From: Patescibacteria group bacterium
Lineage (GTDB): Bacteria > Patescibacteriota > Gracilibacteria > Peribacterales > Peribacteraceae
DNA: 64,000 bases
Assembly (NCBI GenBank): GCA_018814875.1
Contig: JAHIYH010000041.1
Coordinates: forward strand, 13,958-77,957
Direction: 5' to 3'
Part shown: in pieces, positions 50,273-60,142 of the stretch
Layout of the letters: each line of letters opens with the position of its first letter
Position numbering within the stretch: the stretch's first letter is position 1
Notes under the pieces: generated by a model
What the model was told of the DNA's origin: nothing
The model's database searches: none
What the model saw: only the letters and a program-made list of their open reading frames with translations
Program-made: the position numbers and the translations under genes

Positions 50273-51583
50273 CTACCACTTACTAGGATCTATCCCAGGG
50301 CATTGGAAGTTCTGACATAGCTCCTTCACTTCACCTTCGATGCGCTGGAGAATGGAATCGTTATCAGCATTTGCGAGGGCTTCGTTCATCCAGTCACCCA
50401 GCTTCTCCATTTCAGCTTCCTTCATTCCACGCGAAGTCATAGATGGTGTACCAATTCGAATTCCAGATGGATTGAATGGGGACTTCTTATCAAACGGAAC
50501 CAAATTGCAGTTGCAGACGATACCGGCTTTATCCAGAGCACGGGAAGCATCGCGGCCTAGAATTCCCTTGGATTCAAAGACTTCCATAAGAATCAGGTGA
50601 TTATCCGTTCCGCCAGAGACGAGCCGGAAGCCGTGCTTCAGTAATCTCTCTGCCAGTGCTTTGGCATTCTTTACTACTTGTTCGGCATACACTTTGAACT
50701 CGGGTGTTTGAGATTCTTTTAGAGCTACAGCAATACCAGAGATGGTATGGAGGTGTGGTCCTCCCTGAATACCTGGGATAATTGCCTTATTCACTGCCTC
50801 TGCATTTTCTTCTTTGCAGAGGATCATCGCACCGCGTGGACCGCGAAGTGTTTTGTGTGTTGTAGTGATTCCTGTATCTGCGATAGGGAATGGATTTGGA
50901 TGCTGACCTCCAACGATAAGACCTGTGATATGTGATGTATCTGCGTGGAACTTTGCACCGACCTCATCGCAAATCTCGCGGAATTTGGTCCAATCAATAA
51001 TACGTGGGTAGGCGGTGTAACCGGCAATAATGAGCTGTGGTTTTACTTCCAGTGCCAGTTCCCGAATTTTGTCGTAGTTGAGCATTTCTGTCTTAGGGTC
51101 TAGTTCGTATGGTACGGAATTGTAAAGTGAGCCGGAAAAGTTAGATTTCCATCCGTGTGTAAGGTGTCCTCCATGTGGTAGCGAAAGCCCCATGATAGTG
51201 TCGCCTGGTTTTAGAATTGCCCGATAAGATGCCATGTTTGCTGGGCTTCCAGAGTGAGGTTGTACGTTGACATGATCCACTCCAAAAATCTTCTTTGCAC
51301 GATCACATGCCAGTGCCTCTAATAGGTCTGTGACCTGTTGCCCTTCGTAATAGCGCTTTTTTGGGTAACCTTCGGAGTACTTGTTAGTAAAGATACTTCC
51401 GGTTGCTTCTCTAACAGCGTGTGATGCGTAGTTCTCGGAAGGAATCAGACGTAGTTTATTAAACTCGCGTTTCTCTTCCTGAATAATCAGATCTCGAATC
51501 TCGGGATCGGTCTTTTCTAGAGCAGGTAGGTACGTCATAGTTGAGGTTTTGGTAGGGGGTGGAGGAGTGGTGACAGGATTCAT
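50273..51583 (-). CDS. glyA: Serine hydroxymethyltransferase (alternative start 51538)
   Basis: LIPSEN, NKYSEGYP, GGHLTHG, TTHKTLRGPRG, GIRIGT. Confidence 0.97.
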   Translation of the reverse strand: MNPVTTPPPPTKTSTMTYLPALEKTDPEIRDLIIQEEKREFNKLRLIPSENYASHAVREATGSIFTNKYSEGYPKKRYYEGQQVTDLLEALACDRAKKIFGVDHVNVQPHSGSPANMASYRAILKPGDTIMGLSLPHGGHLTHGWKSNFSGSLYNSVPYELDPKTEMLNYDKIRELALEVKPQLIIAGYTAYPRIIDWTKFREICDEVGAKFHADTSHITGLIVGGQHPNPFPIADTGITTTHKTLRGPRGAMILCKEENAEAVNKAIIPGIQGGPHLHTISGIAVALKESQTPEFKVYAEQVVKNAKALAERLLKHGFRLVSGGTDNHLILMEVFESKGILGRDASRALDKAGIVCNCNLVPFDKKSPFNPSGIRIGTPSMTSRGMKEAEMEKLGDWMNEALANADNDSILQRIEGEVKELCQNFQCPGIDPSKW

Positions 51584-51730
51584 AGTACTGTAAGACTATC
51601 GAACATTACCCCTCTGCTACAAGAGTTATGAATACAAATAGTAGCCGAGAAATGCGTTAATTCGTTACTTCGTTATCTCATTACCACGTTACACGTTTAC
51701 GAAGTAACGAAGTAACGAGATAACGAATCG

Positions 51731-52288
51731 TCAGTGTGCAGTGATAACATCATCCATCCTCTGATCATGTTCCTCCGTAGGAACCTCATCTACCATCTGG
51801 CAATCAAAAGCGATTCCCAACATCTTTGTTTTAGGATTTATTTTTCGTTGTCCTTCGATCCACTTATCATATCCTCCTTTTCCTCTGCCCAGACGATTCC
51901 CTTGTGTGTCAAAAGCACGACCGGGTACTAGTACAACATCAATAGCTGAAGGATTAGCTACTTTGAAGCTTGCAGGTGGTTCGAGGACGGAAAAAGCACC
52001 CTCTTCAAGTTCATCTAAGTTCTGAATATTATGGAACGTAATCGAATCATTTGAATAACGTGGTAGAAAAACCTGATCACCGCGAGTTATAAGTTCTTTG
52101 ATCAGTTCTGTGAGGCTTACTTCTGTTGGAAGTGCTGCGTATGCACAGACAACTGATCCTTTGGGGATGAGATTGAGTAGTTTTTTACAAATAGTATGAC
52201 TTTCGGTTATTCGATCTTCTTCAGATATGTTTTTTATTCTTTCCTCGATGGATTTTCTTATTAGTTCCTTTTCTTCGAATGTAGTCAT
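51731..52288 (-). CDS. 5-formyltetrahydrofolate cyclo-ligase
   Basis: VPGRAFD..GNRLGRGKGGYD, EEHDQRMD; start set at MTTFEEK. Confidence 0.93.
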   Translation of the reverse strand: MTTFEEKELIRKSIEERIKNISEEDRITESHTICKKLLNLIPKGSVVCAYAALPTEVSLTELIKELITRGDQVFLPRYSNDSITFHNIQNLDELEEGAFSVLEPPASFKVANPSAIDVVLVPGRAFDTQGNRLGRGKGGYDKWIEGQRKINPKTKMLGIAFDCQMVDEVPTEEHDQRMDDVITAH

Positions 52289-52413
52289 GTGACGTCTACA
52301 TTGTTCTATTGCTTCATTGTTCGCAAGCGATTCTCTTGGATTCATTTAACAATGAAACAATGGAGCAATAGAACAGTTGTCTCTTTCTTGAATTGACATA
52401 GCCATGCAGGTTT

Positions 52414-53925
52414 TTAGAAGATCTCAGCTGCCGCTTCTGCCAAATCCACATCCGGCTGTGGCTGTTCGTTTACAGGTACACCATCGCCTATCACGCATAC
52501 GAGCTTGAGTGAATGTCTTAGAATCTTGTTCATTACCTCTTCGATCTTTCTGCTAGCCTCGGTATTAGCCACTTTGTCTTTATGAAAAGAAGATGTGAAT
52601 CCAACTGTTAAGGTTTTATCGTTAACCGAGATCAGCTCTGCGTTCTTCAGGGACATTTTCACGGGTGCGGGGGATGTTTCATTCACAATCTGAGGCCAGA
52701 GTTCCTTTAGATTCTCTAGGTTTAGCTCCACTGCTTCAACGCTCGCTTCTTTTAATTCTTTGCCAACTTCTTGTGCCGGCTCGTTTTGTACTTCTTCATT
52801 TTCTACTTCTTTAGATATCTCTTCTTTCCCCTTTTTATGTTTCTGTGGTTCCTCCTCCTTTGGTCGTGAGAGCCTTTCCTTATCTTTTTTGCCAGTCTTG
52901 AGTTCTGCCGAAGGGGCTTCTTCCAATGGTGAGCATAGTGATAGCAGTGCAGACTCTAAAATAAGGCCGGGCACAGGTGCAATGCGTACATCTCGGATGG
53001 CTTTTAGGAACTTGTCCAAAATATGCTGAAGGAATTGAGTGGACTGATTTTTTTCTATAGCTTCGTGCAACATTTCACGTGTGGTATTAAGGAGCATTCG
53101 CAGAAAAACGTCCAAAGCGATTCCTGCCTCTTCGATCTTGCGTACAATTTCGATAATTTCCTTTGAATCGTGATTGTCTATGGCCACAAAGAGTGGCTCT
53201 AAATATTCGCTACCGGTCTTTCCCATATTCTGTTCTACATCTTCCGCTGTAATCTTAGGAAGTGTGCGTATCTGATCTATCATGGAAATAGCATCTCTCA
53301 TCCCTCCCTGTGCGTGATGTGCAATGGATCTCAACGCTTCTCTTTCTATTGTTATATGTTCTTGGTCAGCAATGAACTGCAGACGCCGGATTATGTCTTC
53401 TTCTGGGATCCTGCGGAATGGGAAGCACTGACATCGTGATTGAATAGTTGCAGGAATCTTATTGAGTTCTGTTGTAGCCAAAATAAAGAAGGCATAAGAA
53501 GGAGGTTCTTCTAAAGTTTTTAGGAGTGCATTAAAAGCTTCCTTTGTGAGCATATGTACCTCGTCAATGATGTATACCTTTGTACTTGCAACAACAGGAG
53601 AGAATTGAATTTTTTCGATCAAATCACGAACATCATCAATTCCACGATTGCTTGCAGCATCTATTTCCAAGAGGTCAACGATATTGCCTTCTTCCACTCC
53701 TTTGATGATTTGCTTTCTGATTATTTCGTCTTGGATACCATTGGTCATTAATACCTTTGCCAAGATACGTGCGACTGAAGTTTTACCGGTTCCACGGCTT
53801 CCGGCAAATAGAAAAGCATGTGCCAGCTTATCCTGCTCCGCAGCCTGTTCCAGTGTTGTCACTACTGCGTCTTGACCAACTACTTCGGCAAATGTTTGAG
53901 GCCGGTACTTGCGGTATAAGGACAT
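52414..53925 (-). CDS. dnaX: DNA polymerase III subunit gamma/tau
   Basis: LYRKYRP, GSRGTGKT, EIDAAS, IIDEVHML, SRC motif. Confidence 0.96.
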   Translation of the reverse strand: MSLYRKYRPQTFAEVVGQDAVVTTLEQAAEQDKLAHAFLFAGSRGTGKTSVARILAKVLMTNGIQDEIIRKQIIKGVEEGNIVDLLEIDAASNRGIDDVRDLIEKIQFSPVVASTKVYIIDEVHMLTKEAFNALLKTLEEPPSYAFFILATTELNKIPATIQSRCQCFPFRRIPEEDIIRRLQFIADQEHITIEREALRSIAHHAQGGMRDAISMIDQIRTLPKITAEDVEQNMGKTGSEYLEPLFVAIDNHDSKEIIEIVRKIEEAGIALDVFLRMLLNTTREMLHEAIEKNQSTQFLQHILDKFLKAIRDVRIAPVPGLILESALLSLCSPLEEAPSAELKTGKKDKERLSRPKEEEPQKHKKGKEEISKEVENEEVQNEPAQEVGKELKEASVEAVELNLENLKELWPQIVNETSPAPVKMSLKNAELISVNDKTLTVGFTSSFHKDKVANTEASRKIEEVMNKILRHSLKLVCVIGDGVPVNEQPQPDVDLAEAAAEIF

Positions 53926-54093
53926 TGGGAGGATGAGTGTACCTCATTAAATGGGAATGAAGAATGAAAAATGCAGGGGAAATGAAAAATGAAGAATTAA
54001 GAATGAAGAATGCCGTTTATATGAGAAAAAGGTACAATACTCTTGCTTAAGAGCTTGATTTTTCATTTTTCATTTTTCATTATTCACTTCTCT

Positions 54094-54678
54094 ATGCGAA
54101 AAAAATTAACGTCACTGACTCTCGTATTTCTATTAATGGGCTGCAATGGTGGTATCTCAAAAGAATCTAGTAAAATTCCTATGGGAAATCCAAACGGAGT
54201 GGTCACGATTTTGGAATATTCTGATTTGGAATGTCCTGCATGCAGGGTCGCACATGCTGGTGCAATTGTTCCTCTCATGAAAAAGTATGGAAATGTAGTG
54301 CGTTTAGAATTCAAACAATTCCCACTTAGAACTATTCATCGTTTTGCGATGGATGCGGCTGAATCTAGTGAGTGTGCAGCAGATCAGGGAAAATTCTGGG
54401 AGTTTATTGATATTGCATACGAACATCAGGTTGATTTGGGATACGATGCACTTTTGGATTGGGCGTCTCAACTACAGTTGGATGTTCCTGTCTTCGAAAA
54501 ATGCTGGAAGTCGCATGCAAAGAGGGGAGTTGTTCTTGCAGATTATGAAGAAGGGCGTGATTTGGGAGTTGGCGGCACGCCATCCTTTTTTGTGAATGGA
54601 GAAAAAGTAGTACCGGGGTTTGATACGCTAAGTGCTGCGGTCGAGAAGGTGTTGAAACAGTATGAGCAAAGACTGTAA
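54094..54678 (+). CDS. DsbA family thioredoxin-fold lipoprotein
   Basis: LMGC lipobox; YSDLECPAC, FPL, GTPSFFVNG. Confidence 0.9.
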   Translation: MRKKLTSLTLVFLLMGCNGGISKESSKIPMGNPNGVVTILEYSDLECPACRVAHAGAIVPLMKKYGNVVRLEFKQFPLRTIHRFAMDAAESSECAADQGKFWEFIDIAYEHQVDLGYDALLDWASQLQLDVPVFEKCWKSHAKRGVVLADYEEGRDLGVGGTPSFFVNGEKVVPGFDTLSAAVEKVLKQYEQRL

Positions 54679-54680
54679 TG

Positions 54681-54828
54681 ACAGTTAACAATTAACACGC
54701 TTCGCTTTTAACAGTTAACAATTAACACGCTCATCCCGCTAACTTGTGGTGAGATTAGTCGAACCACGCGGGATTCGCTTTTAACGACTCCGTTAAATGT
54801 TAACTGTTAATTGTTAAATGTTAACTGT
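54681..54828. repeat. Inverted TTAACA/TGTTAA arrays with an embedded REP-like hairpin (54743-54767)
   Basis: Seen directly; family also at 4351-4375. Confidence 0.8.
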
Positions 54829-55412
54829 TACTCGTAGAGTTGCCCAAACCCATACAGCCTATCCAATTCAGTATCCCAGAATACGATTGATCTAAAAGTG
54901 GATGTATCAATCGTTGGATCAATTGTGTAACGCTGATGCCCGAGTGGAGATTGTAGCGGTCCTATATTGATACTTGATGCATCTGGGAAATCTTTGTCAC
55001 GTGGATCGACTATTTTCGAAAGGAAAATCGAAAGTCCTGGGCCAGGATCTGATTCGAAAGATGGTCCTATGTAGAGAGTATTATTTAGGATGAGTATTTC
55101 TCCCATTAAGTATTCTTTTACTCCAATTAATTCTGCATGTGTTCCTTCACGTTGAAGATTTCGTGCTTCTCGGTCTGCTTCCATCCAATTGGCTTTTGCC
55201 TTTTCTATCATTTTACGTTTTTCTTCATTTTCCAGAATTGGGTCCTTATCAATTTCAAGTTCGGTAAGCCGTCCAACTAGCATTTTGGCATAATATTCGG
55301 CAAAGAGAGGGTTCTGGAGACGCTCTGCCAATGCCATGCTTCCATCACCATTTTTTTGTGAGCATGCTGTAAATAGAAGTGAAAGTGTGGCGAGTGCGAG
55401 TAGACGTTTCAT
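54828..55412 (-). CDS. Lipoprotein with probable C-terminal DM13 domain
   Basis: LFTAC lipobox; PGPGLSIFLS, IGPLQS..G.QRY, SIVFW. Confidence 0.7.
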   Translation of the reverse strand: MKRLLALATLSLLFTACSQKNGDGSMALAERLQNPLFAEYYAKMLVGRLTELEIDKDPILENEEKRKMIEKAKANWMEADREARNLQREGTHAELIGVKEYLMGEILILNNTLYIGPSFESDPGPGLSIFLSKIVDPRDKDFPDASSINIGPLQSPLGHQRYTIDPTIDTSTFRSIVFWDTELDRLYGFGQLYE

Positions 55413-55491
55413 AGATGAATATGGGGAGAGTGCAGTATCATTGTTCCATAGTTCCATTGTTCGCAAGCGATTATCATATTTTTCTGCATAG

Positions 55492-57267
55492 TTAAGATAC
55501 TTGAGAGTATTTTGGAATGGTGGAACTCTTGGACGACGACTTCTTCCGAATGGTCGGAGCAGATGATGATTCGATGTTTCTTAGACATTTTTTTATCTGA
55601 GGATTCAATTTTTTAACGACGTAAGAATGCGTTCCATAATCCACTCCTTCCGGAATCAATGTGGTCCAATAACGGAAGCGTTCATTATCATCTGTCATCA
55701 TCTTTGCAACCAGTGCATCTTGTCCACCGCTTCCTAAATGAAGAATCTGCGGGGCATTGATACCTGTATTGGCATATCCTCGTATAGATGGTTCGCGGTA
55801 CGCAGATACAGCAGCATTACGAAGTCTTCCATCATCTCCGTTTTCCAGAACTCGTTTTGTATCCTCTTCTGATGACTCGTTAAGTACTACTTCTTTGTGG
55901 CCGGTAAGCACTTGTCCCTTTTCACGGCACCAGACTCGGTTGTACATAATTGCAGACAGGCAGTAGAACTTACCCGCATTAATTGCTTTTTTGTATAGTG
56001 GTTGTAATACAGTGGGTAGCGCGGAAATGAGATGGTCTAGTTCCTCTTTATAGTCTTCTTTTGTTTGTGGGTCATCTGTTTTTTCTACTGGATTTTCTGA
56101 TTGGTATTCACGTAAATACCACTTCATGGAAGAGAGCTTAATTTTATCCTTTTCAGATAGCGGTTCCGATTCAGCTTGTTTGATTATTATTGCAGCCGAT
56201 TCCCAATCTTGGCTGTCTAATTCACGTCGGATTGCTAAGAGTATTGGATTTTCAGTTGCCACATTTACAAATCGTTTCTCGGCTTCTCCTACGTAGGCAA
56301 GGCGTTTAGTGTAGTGCCAATCTAGGAATTTATCGGTGGTAACAAAGTGAAAACCACGGGGCTCATCTCCTTTCTTGCGCTCATTTTCAATCTTATCGAA
56401 GCGATTTTGTACGCTGCTCCAGCGATTAATCATTCCGGATAGAGAAGAGGCGCCACTTCCGCTAACGAATTTTTCAATTTTGTCATTCGACGCGTTGCTC
56501 TTGAAGATGCGGTGCAGCCACATTCCTACTTTCTTGGACGAGAGCACTTTGCTACTCGCTGCACTTTCCAGAATGGTCTTGGCCTTCCGGAAAAGATTTT
56601 GCTGAAGTCGTTTCTCGGCTTCTATTGCACCCAATGCTTCACTTACCGCATTGCGCCAGTCTTTATATTTTTTCAGTGACGTCTTTTCTCCTATTACATT
56701 TTTGACTGCTGGGATATCTGCAAACATGCGGTTTTGTTTCACAGAATTTTTGACTTTCTCTATATCGCGCGTGAGCGTTTCCCAGTTTGCTACCATATGG
56801 GGAAATTTTTCGTAGATGAATTTCTCCTTCTCCCACCATGGGATTTTTTTTGATTTGATCTTATCGTGCCAGTACATCGCCGTTTCATGCGTAATGGTAT
56901 CTCGAGAATGAGCAGTGGCGAGCATGCCATAAAAAACATCTTCTGCTCGTGATATATTTTCCATTGTACGTGGAATAAATTCCGATATATTTTCCTCTAA
57001 TGCCTCTTTTTTTTGTGCGTAAGTTACTTTTCCTGCGAGTGTGAGTTTTGAGTCTGTGAGGATATCCTCGTATGCCTTAAGATCTCTTTCGGTAAACAGT
57101 TCCGAACTTGTAACAAATCGTTGAAGTTTTTGTGTACAGAGCCTGCGTAAATTTTCACATTCGGATTGAGTCTTATAATCTTCCATCGTATCGGCTCCAT
57201 CTTCTCCTTTTGCATTGATTATTGGAGAGTGTGTGGAGTTGCCCTCTTTATGGGTTACAGTGGACAT
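55492..57267 (-). CDS. Hypothetical protein (large, largely helical)
   Basis: 591-aa ORF, no recognisable motif. Confidence 0.75.
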   Translation of the reverse strand: MSTVTHKEGNSTHSPIINAKGEDGADTMEDYKTQSECENLRRLCTQKLQRFVTSSELFTERDLKAYEDILTDSKLTLAGKVTYAQKKEALEENISEFIPRTMENISRAEDVFYGMLATAHSRDTITHETAMYWHDKIKSKKIPWWEKEKFIYEKFPHMVANWETLTRDIEKVKNSVKQNRMFADIPAVKNVIGEKTSLKKYKDWRNAVSEALGAIEAEKRLQQNLFRKAKTILESAASSKVLSSKKVGMWLHRIFKSNASNDKIEKFVSGSGASSLSGMINRWSSVQNRFDKIENERKKGDEPRGFHFVTTDKFLDWHYTKRLAYVGEAEKRFVNVATENPILLAIRRELDSQDWESAAIIIKQAESEPLSEKDKIKLSSMKWYLREYQSENPVEKTDDPQTKEDYKEELDHLISALPTVLQPLYKKAINAGKFYCLSAIMYNRVWCREKGQVLTGHKEVVLNESSEEDTKRVLENGDDGRLRNAAVSAYREPSIRGYANTGINAPQILHLGSGGQDALVAKMMTDDNERFRYWTTLIPEGVDYGTHSYVVKKLNPQIKKCLRNIESSSAPTIRKKSSSKSSTIPKYSQVS

Positions 57268-57329
57268 AGCCAGAGCATTTTACGGGAATATTGAGGGCAT
57301 TCAATGGTGGTAGGGGAGATTTTATCATC

Positions 57330-57396
57330 AAAGTTCCAAGTTCCAAGTACCAAGTTCCAACACTATTTGGCACTTGGAACTTTTTACTTGGAACTT
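57330..57396. repeat. Inverted AAGTTCC/GGAACTT arrays; second site at 59884-59966
   Basis: Seen directly. Confidence 0.88.
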
Positions 57397-57431
57397 CTCC
57401 CATGAGTCGAGAAAAGTGATACTCTTTAACC

Positions 57432-58025
57432 ATGATACTTTCAGATAGAGACATTAAATCTGCCATTGAAGAGGGGCGTGTAAAAATTGAGGGTACAAAG
57501 CCTTACCATATTCACGCTAGCTCGATGGATTTGCATTTAGGAGAAACTTTTAAGTTATATGATCACAGTAAGTTCTCGCTTCTAGATCCAAAAGATCCAA
57601 AAACGTTTACTGGAAATATGAGGATGATACATGTGTCAGAAGGCGAGTCGTTTGTTGTTCAGCCAGGCGAATTTGTTTTGGGTGTAACTCAAGAGAAAAT
57701 AACAGTTCCAGATGATCTGGTAGTTCGGGTTGAGGGGCGAAGTTCACTCGGACGTCTTGGAATTATTGTCCATTCAACCGCTGGCTTTGTAGATCCGGGA
57801 TTTAGCGGAACTATCACATTAGAAATCAGCAATCTAAATCGACTGCCAGTGGCACTCTATCCGGGAATGCGTGTGTGTCAGATTGCATTTGAACAGATGA
57901 CAAGTCCGGCAGAAACTCCTTATAACAAAAAGGCTCATAGTAAGTATCAAGGTCAGGTACTTCCAGAAGAGAGTAGGTTGGATGCAGATCCTGAATTTCA
58001 ACTGAGTAAACCCCAAGTCATATAA
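57432..58025 (+). CDS. dcd: dCTP deaminase
   Basis: MILSDRDI, EGRSSLGRLG, AGFVDPGFSG.ITLE, KYQGQ. Confidence 0.96.
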   Translation: MILSDRDIKSAIEEGRVKIEGTKPYHIHASSMDLHLGETFKLYDHSKFSLLDPKDPKTFTGNMRMIHVSEGESFVVQPGEFVLGVTQEKITVPDDLVVRVEGRSSLGRLGIIVHSTAGFVDPGFSGTITLEISNLNRLPVALYPGMRVCQIAFEQMTSPAETPYNKKAHSKYQGQVLPEESRLDADPEFQLSKPQVI

Positions 58026-58292
58026 ATCCCAAAAAACAAAAAACAAAACCCAAAAATCTCCGATTGGGCGTTTGGGATTTGGTTTTTGTGATTTTGGATT
58101 TTTTCAAATACAGTCTAGTTATTGATCTATAATCTAGAAAGGTTTAAAAGTGCCCCCTAGACCCTTGACTTTTCCGCTTTAATTTGCTAAAAAGTGTGAA
58201 CTTTCTGCTTTGGCAGGGGTATGTTCTTTGACATATAGGAAGCATGTGTATGCTCCCATTTCGGTTTCTTCACTCGAACGGAGGTGTGACCA

Positions 58293-59429
58293 GTGGTACA
58301 AAAAGGAATACGCATTTTGTTTGAGTTCTCGGGGTTCCTTATTGGTGGGACCTTGATTGCTCTGGTGTGGGCCAATGTTGCCCATCACTCCTACGAGTAC
58401 ATTGCTCATGAGATGCATTTCTTCGTGAATGACATTCTCATGGCTTTCTTCTTCGCTTTGGCGGGGAAGGAGGTTTGGGAAGCGATGCTTCCCGGCGGTG
58501 TTCTCTCTTCGCCACGCAAGGCGGCGATGCCGCTACTTGCAACGGTTGGTGGTATGACAGGACCAATATTGATATATGTTGGTGGATGCCTACTACTGCA
58601 GAGAATGGATTTAGTTCGTGGATGGGCCATTCCTTGTGCAACCGATATTGCGTTCAGCTATTTGGTGGCACGTATCGTATTTGGCGCGAAGCATCCGGCA
58701 ATTCCATTCCTACTGTTACTGGCAATCGCCGATGATGCAGGAGGGCTAATCATCCTAGCAACGTGCTATCCAACTGGAGATGTAAACGCCTTGGCGTTCT
58801 TCGGATTGGTGTCTTTGGCAATTGTGTCGGGATTAATGATGAAGAAAGCTGGGATCAAGTCTTTCTGGCCGTATCTAATCATTGCCGGTCCGATTAGTTG
58901 GTGTGGATTTCACTTCGGTGGTATTCACCCGGCACTCAGCTTGGTTCCAATCATTCCGACTTTGCCACACGCGAAGCGAGATCTCGGACTCTTTGCAGAG
59001 GAAGGTCAACCAGTGCACCAGCACGATGCACTAAATGAGTTCGAGCACTGGTGGAAGAATCCAGTGGAGCTAATTCTCGGTCTGTTTGGTTTTGTGAATG
59101 CTGGAGTTGCGTTTGGCAGCATCGGCTTACCGACCGGACTCGTTTTTGCAGGTTTGCTGATTGGTAAACCATTGGGAATTACACTCTTCGCTCTTCTTGG
59201 TCGCCTCTTTGGGTTGACTCTTCCGGATGGAATGAATATGCGGGACCTTGTCACTCTGGGGATGGCAGCTGCAGTTGGGTTCACAGTGGCACTCTTTGTG
59301 TCTACTGTCGCTTTCCCTGCAGGAGAGAACCTTGAAGCTTCTAAGATGGGGGCTTTGGGCTCCTTTGCAGCTTTCTTACTAACGATCATCGTTGGTCGTG
59401 TGTTGCGGGTACAACGGGTAGAAAGGTAA
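58293..59429 (+). CDS. nhaA: Na+/H+ antiporter NhaA
   Basis: VNDILMAFFF, GWAIPCATDIAF, LAIADD, GKPLGI, GFTVALF; GGAGGT SD. Confidence 0.94.
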   Translation: MVQKGIRILFEFSGFLIGGTLIALVWANVAHHSYEYIAHEMHFFVNDILMAFFFALAGKEVWEAMLPGGVLSSPRKAAMPLLATVGGMTGPILIYVGGCLLLQRMDLVRGWAIPCATDIAFSYLVARIVFGAKHPAIPFLLLLAIADDAGGLIILATCYPTGDVNALAFFGLVSLAIVSGLMMKKAGIKSFWPYLIIAGPISWCGFHFGGIHPALSLVPIIPTLPHAKRDLGLFAEEGQPVHQHDALNEFEHWWKNPVELILGLFGFVNAGVAFGSIGLPTGLVFAGLLIGKPLGITLFALLGRLFGLTLPDGMNMRDLVTLGMAAAVGFTVALFVSTVAFPAGENLEASKMGALGSFAAFLLTIIVGRVLRVQRVER

Positions 59430-59450
59430 CGCTTCCGCGTCAGAGAACCT

Positions 59451-59482
59451 AAGCCGTGATCCCTCGGGATTGCGGCTTTTTT
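59451..59482 (+). terminator. Intrinsic terminator after nhaA
   Basis: AAGCCGTGATCCC/GGGATTGCGGCTT stem followed by a T-run. Confidence 0.85.
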
Positions 59483-59518
59483 AGTATTCAAAAATGGCTC
59501 GTCATGAGAAGTAACGAA

Positions 59519-59595
59519 TGGTGGACGATACTGGATTCGAACCAGTGACCTTACGGATGTGAACCGTACGCTCTAACCAGCTGAGCTAATCGTCC
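59519..59595 (-). tRNA. tRNA-Val (CAC)
   Basis: GGACGAT..ATCGTCC-A-CCA; anticodon arm TACGG-TT-CAC-AT-CCGTA. Confidence 0.95.
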
Positions 59596-59742
59596 ATAGA
59601 GATAGGCTATAACCATCGGCTTAGGTCGATAATCGTACAAGCTGGCGAAGAATACCAGTTAGAGATAGTTGTTTCCACGAAAAGTCCGTCTTCATTACAA
59701 AAGCAGCCTATTTCGAGGCCACTTATATACTAAGAATATTCT

Positions 59743-59823
59743 TTAGAAGAGTGAAACACCGATAAGAATAGCAACGATGATTCCTCCTATGATGGCGAGA
59801 ATGCCGAAGAGTTTGCTGTTCAT
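59743..59823 (-). CDS. Candidate 26-aa single-TM microprotein
   Basis: MNSKLFGILAIIGGIIVAILIGVSLF; below the ORF track cutoff. Confidence 0.5.
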   Translation of the reverse strand: MNSKLFGILAIIGGIIVAILIGVSLF

Positions 59824-60142
59824 AATGTAGATGGGGTATTAACAGAACTATGGTACATTATTTTGTTGTATGAGCACCAGAGTAAGTTTCAAGGTCCGAG
59901 TAATAAGTTCCAAGGTACAAGTTCCAAGTGCCAAGATTCGAATTTGGAACTTGATATTTGGAACTTTTTTGTTTGGTCTTGCTTCAGCCATGGAATCCAT
60001 TACCTACCTTACCTACCTTACCTACCTTACCTACCTTACCTATCTTACCTACCTTACCTACCTTACCTACCTTACCTATCTTACCTACCTTACCTTCTTT
60101 ATCTTTCCAAAGGATTTTGCCATGTTATGGTAGTATCTTCTT

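Noticed and set aside
58200..58292. nhaA-associated riboswitch
   Set aside because: Small hairpins exist, but I cannot match them to a riboswitch consensus by eye; needs an Rfam scan
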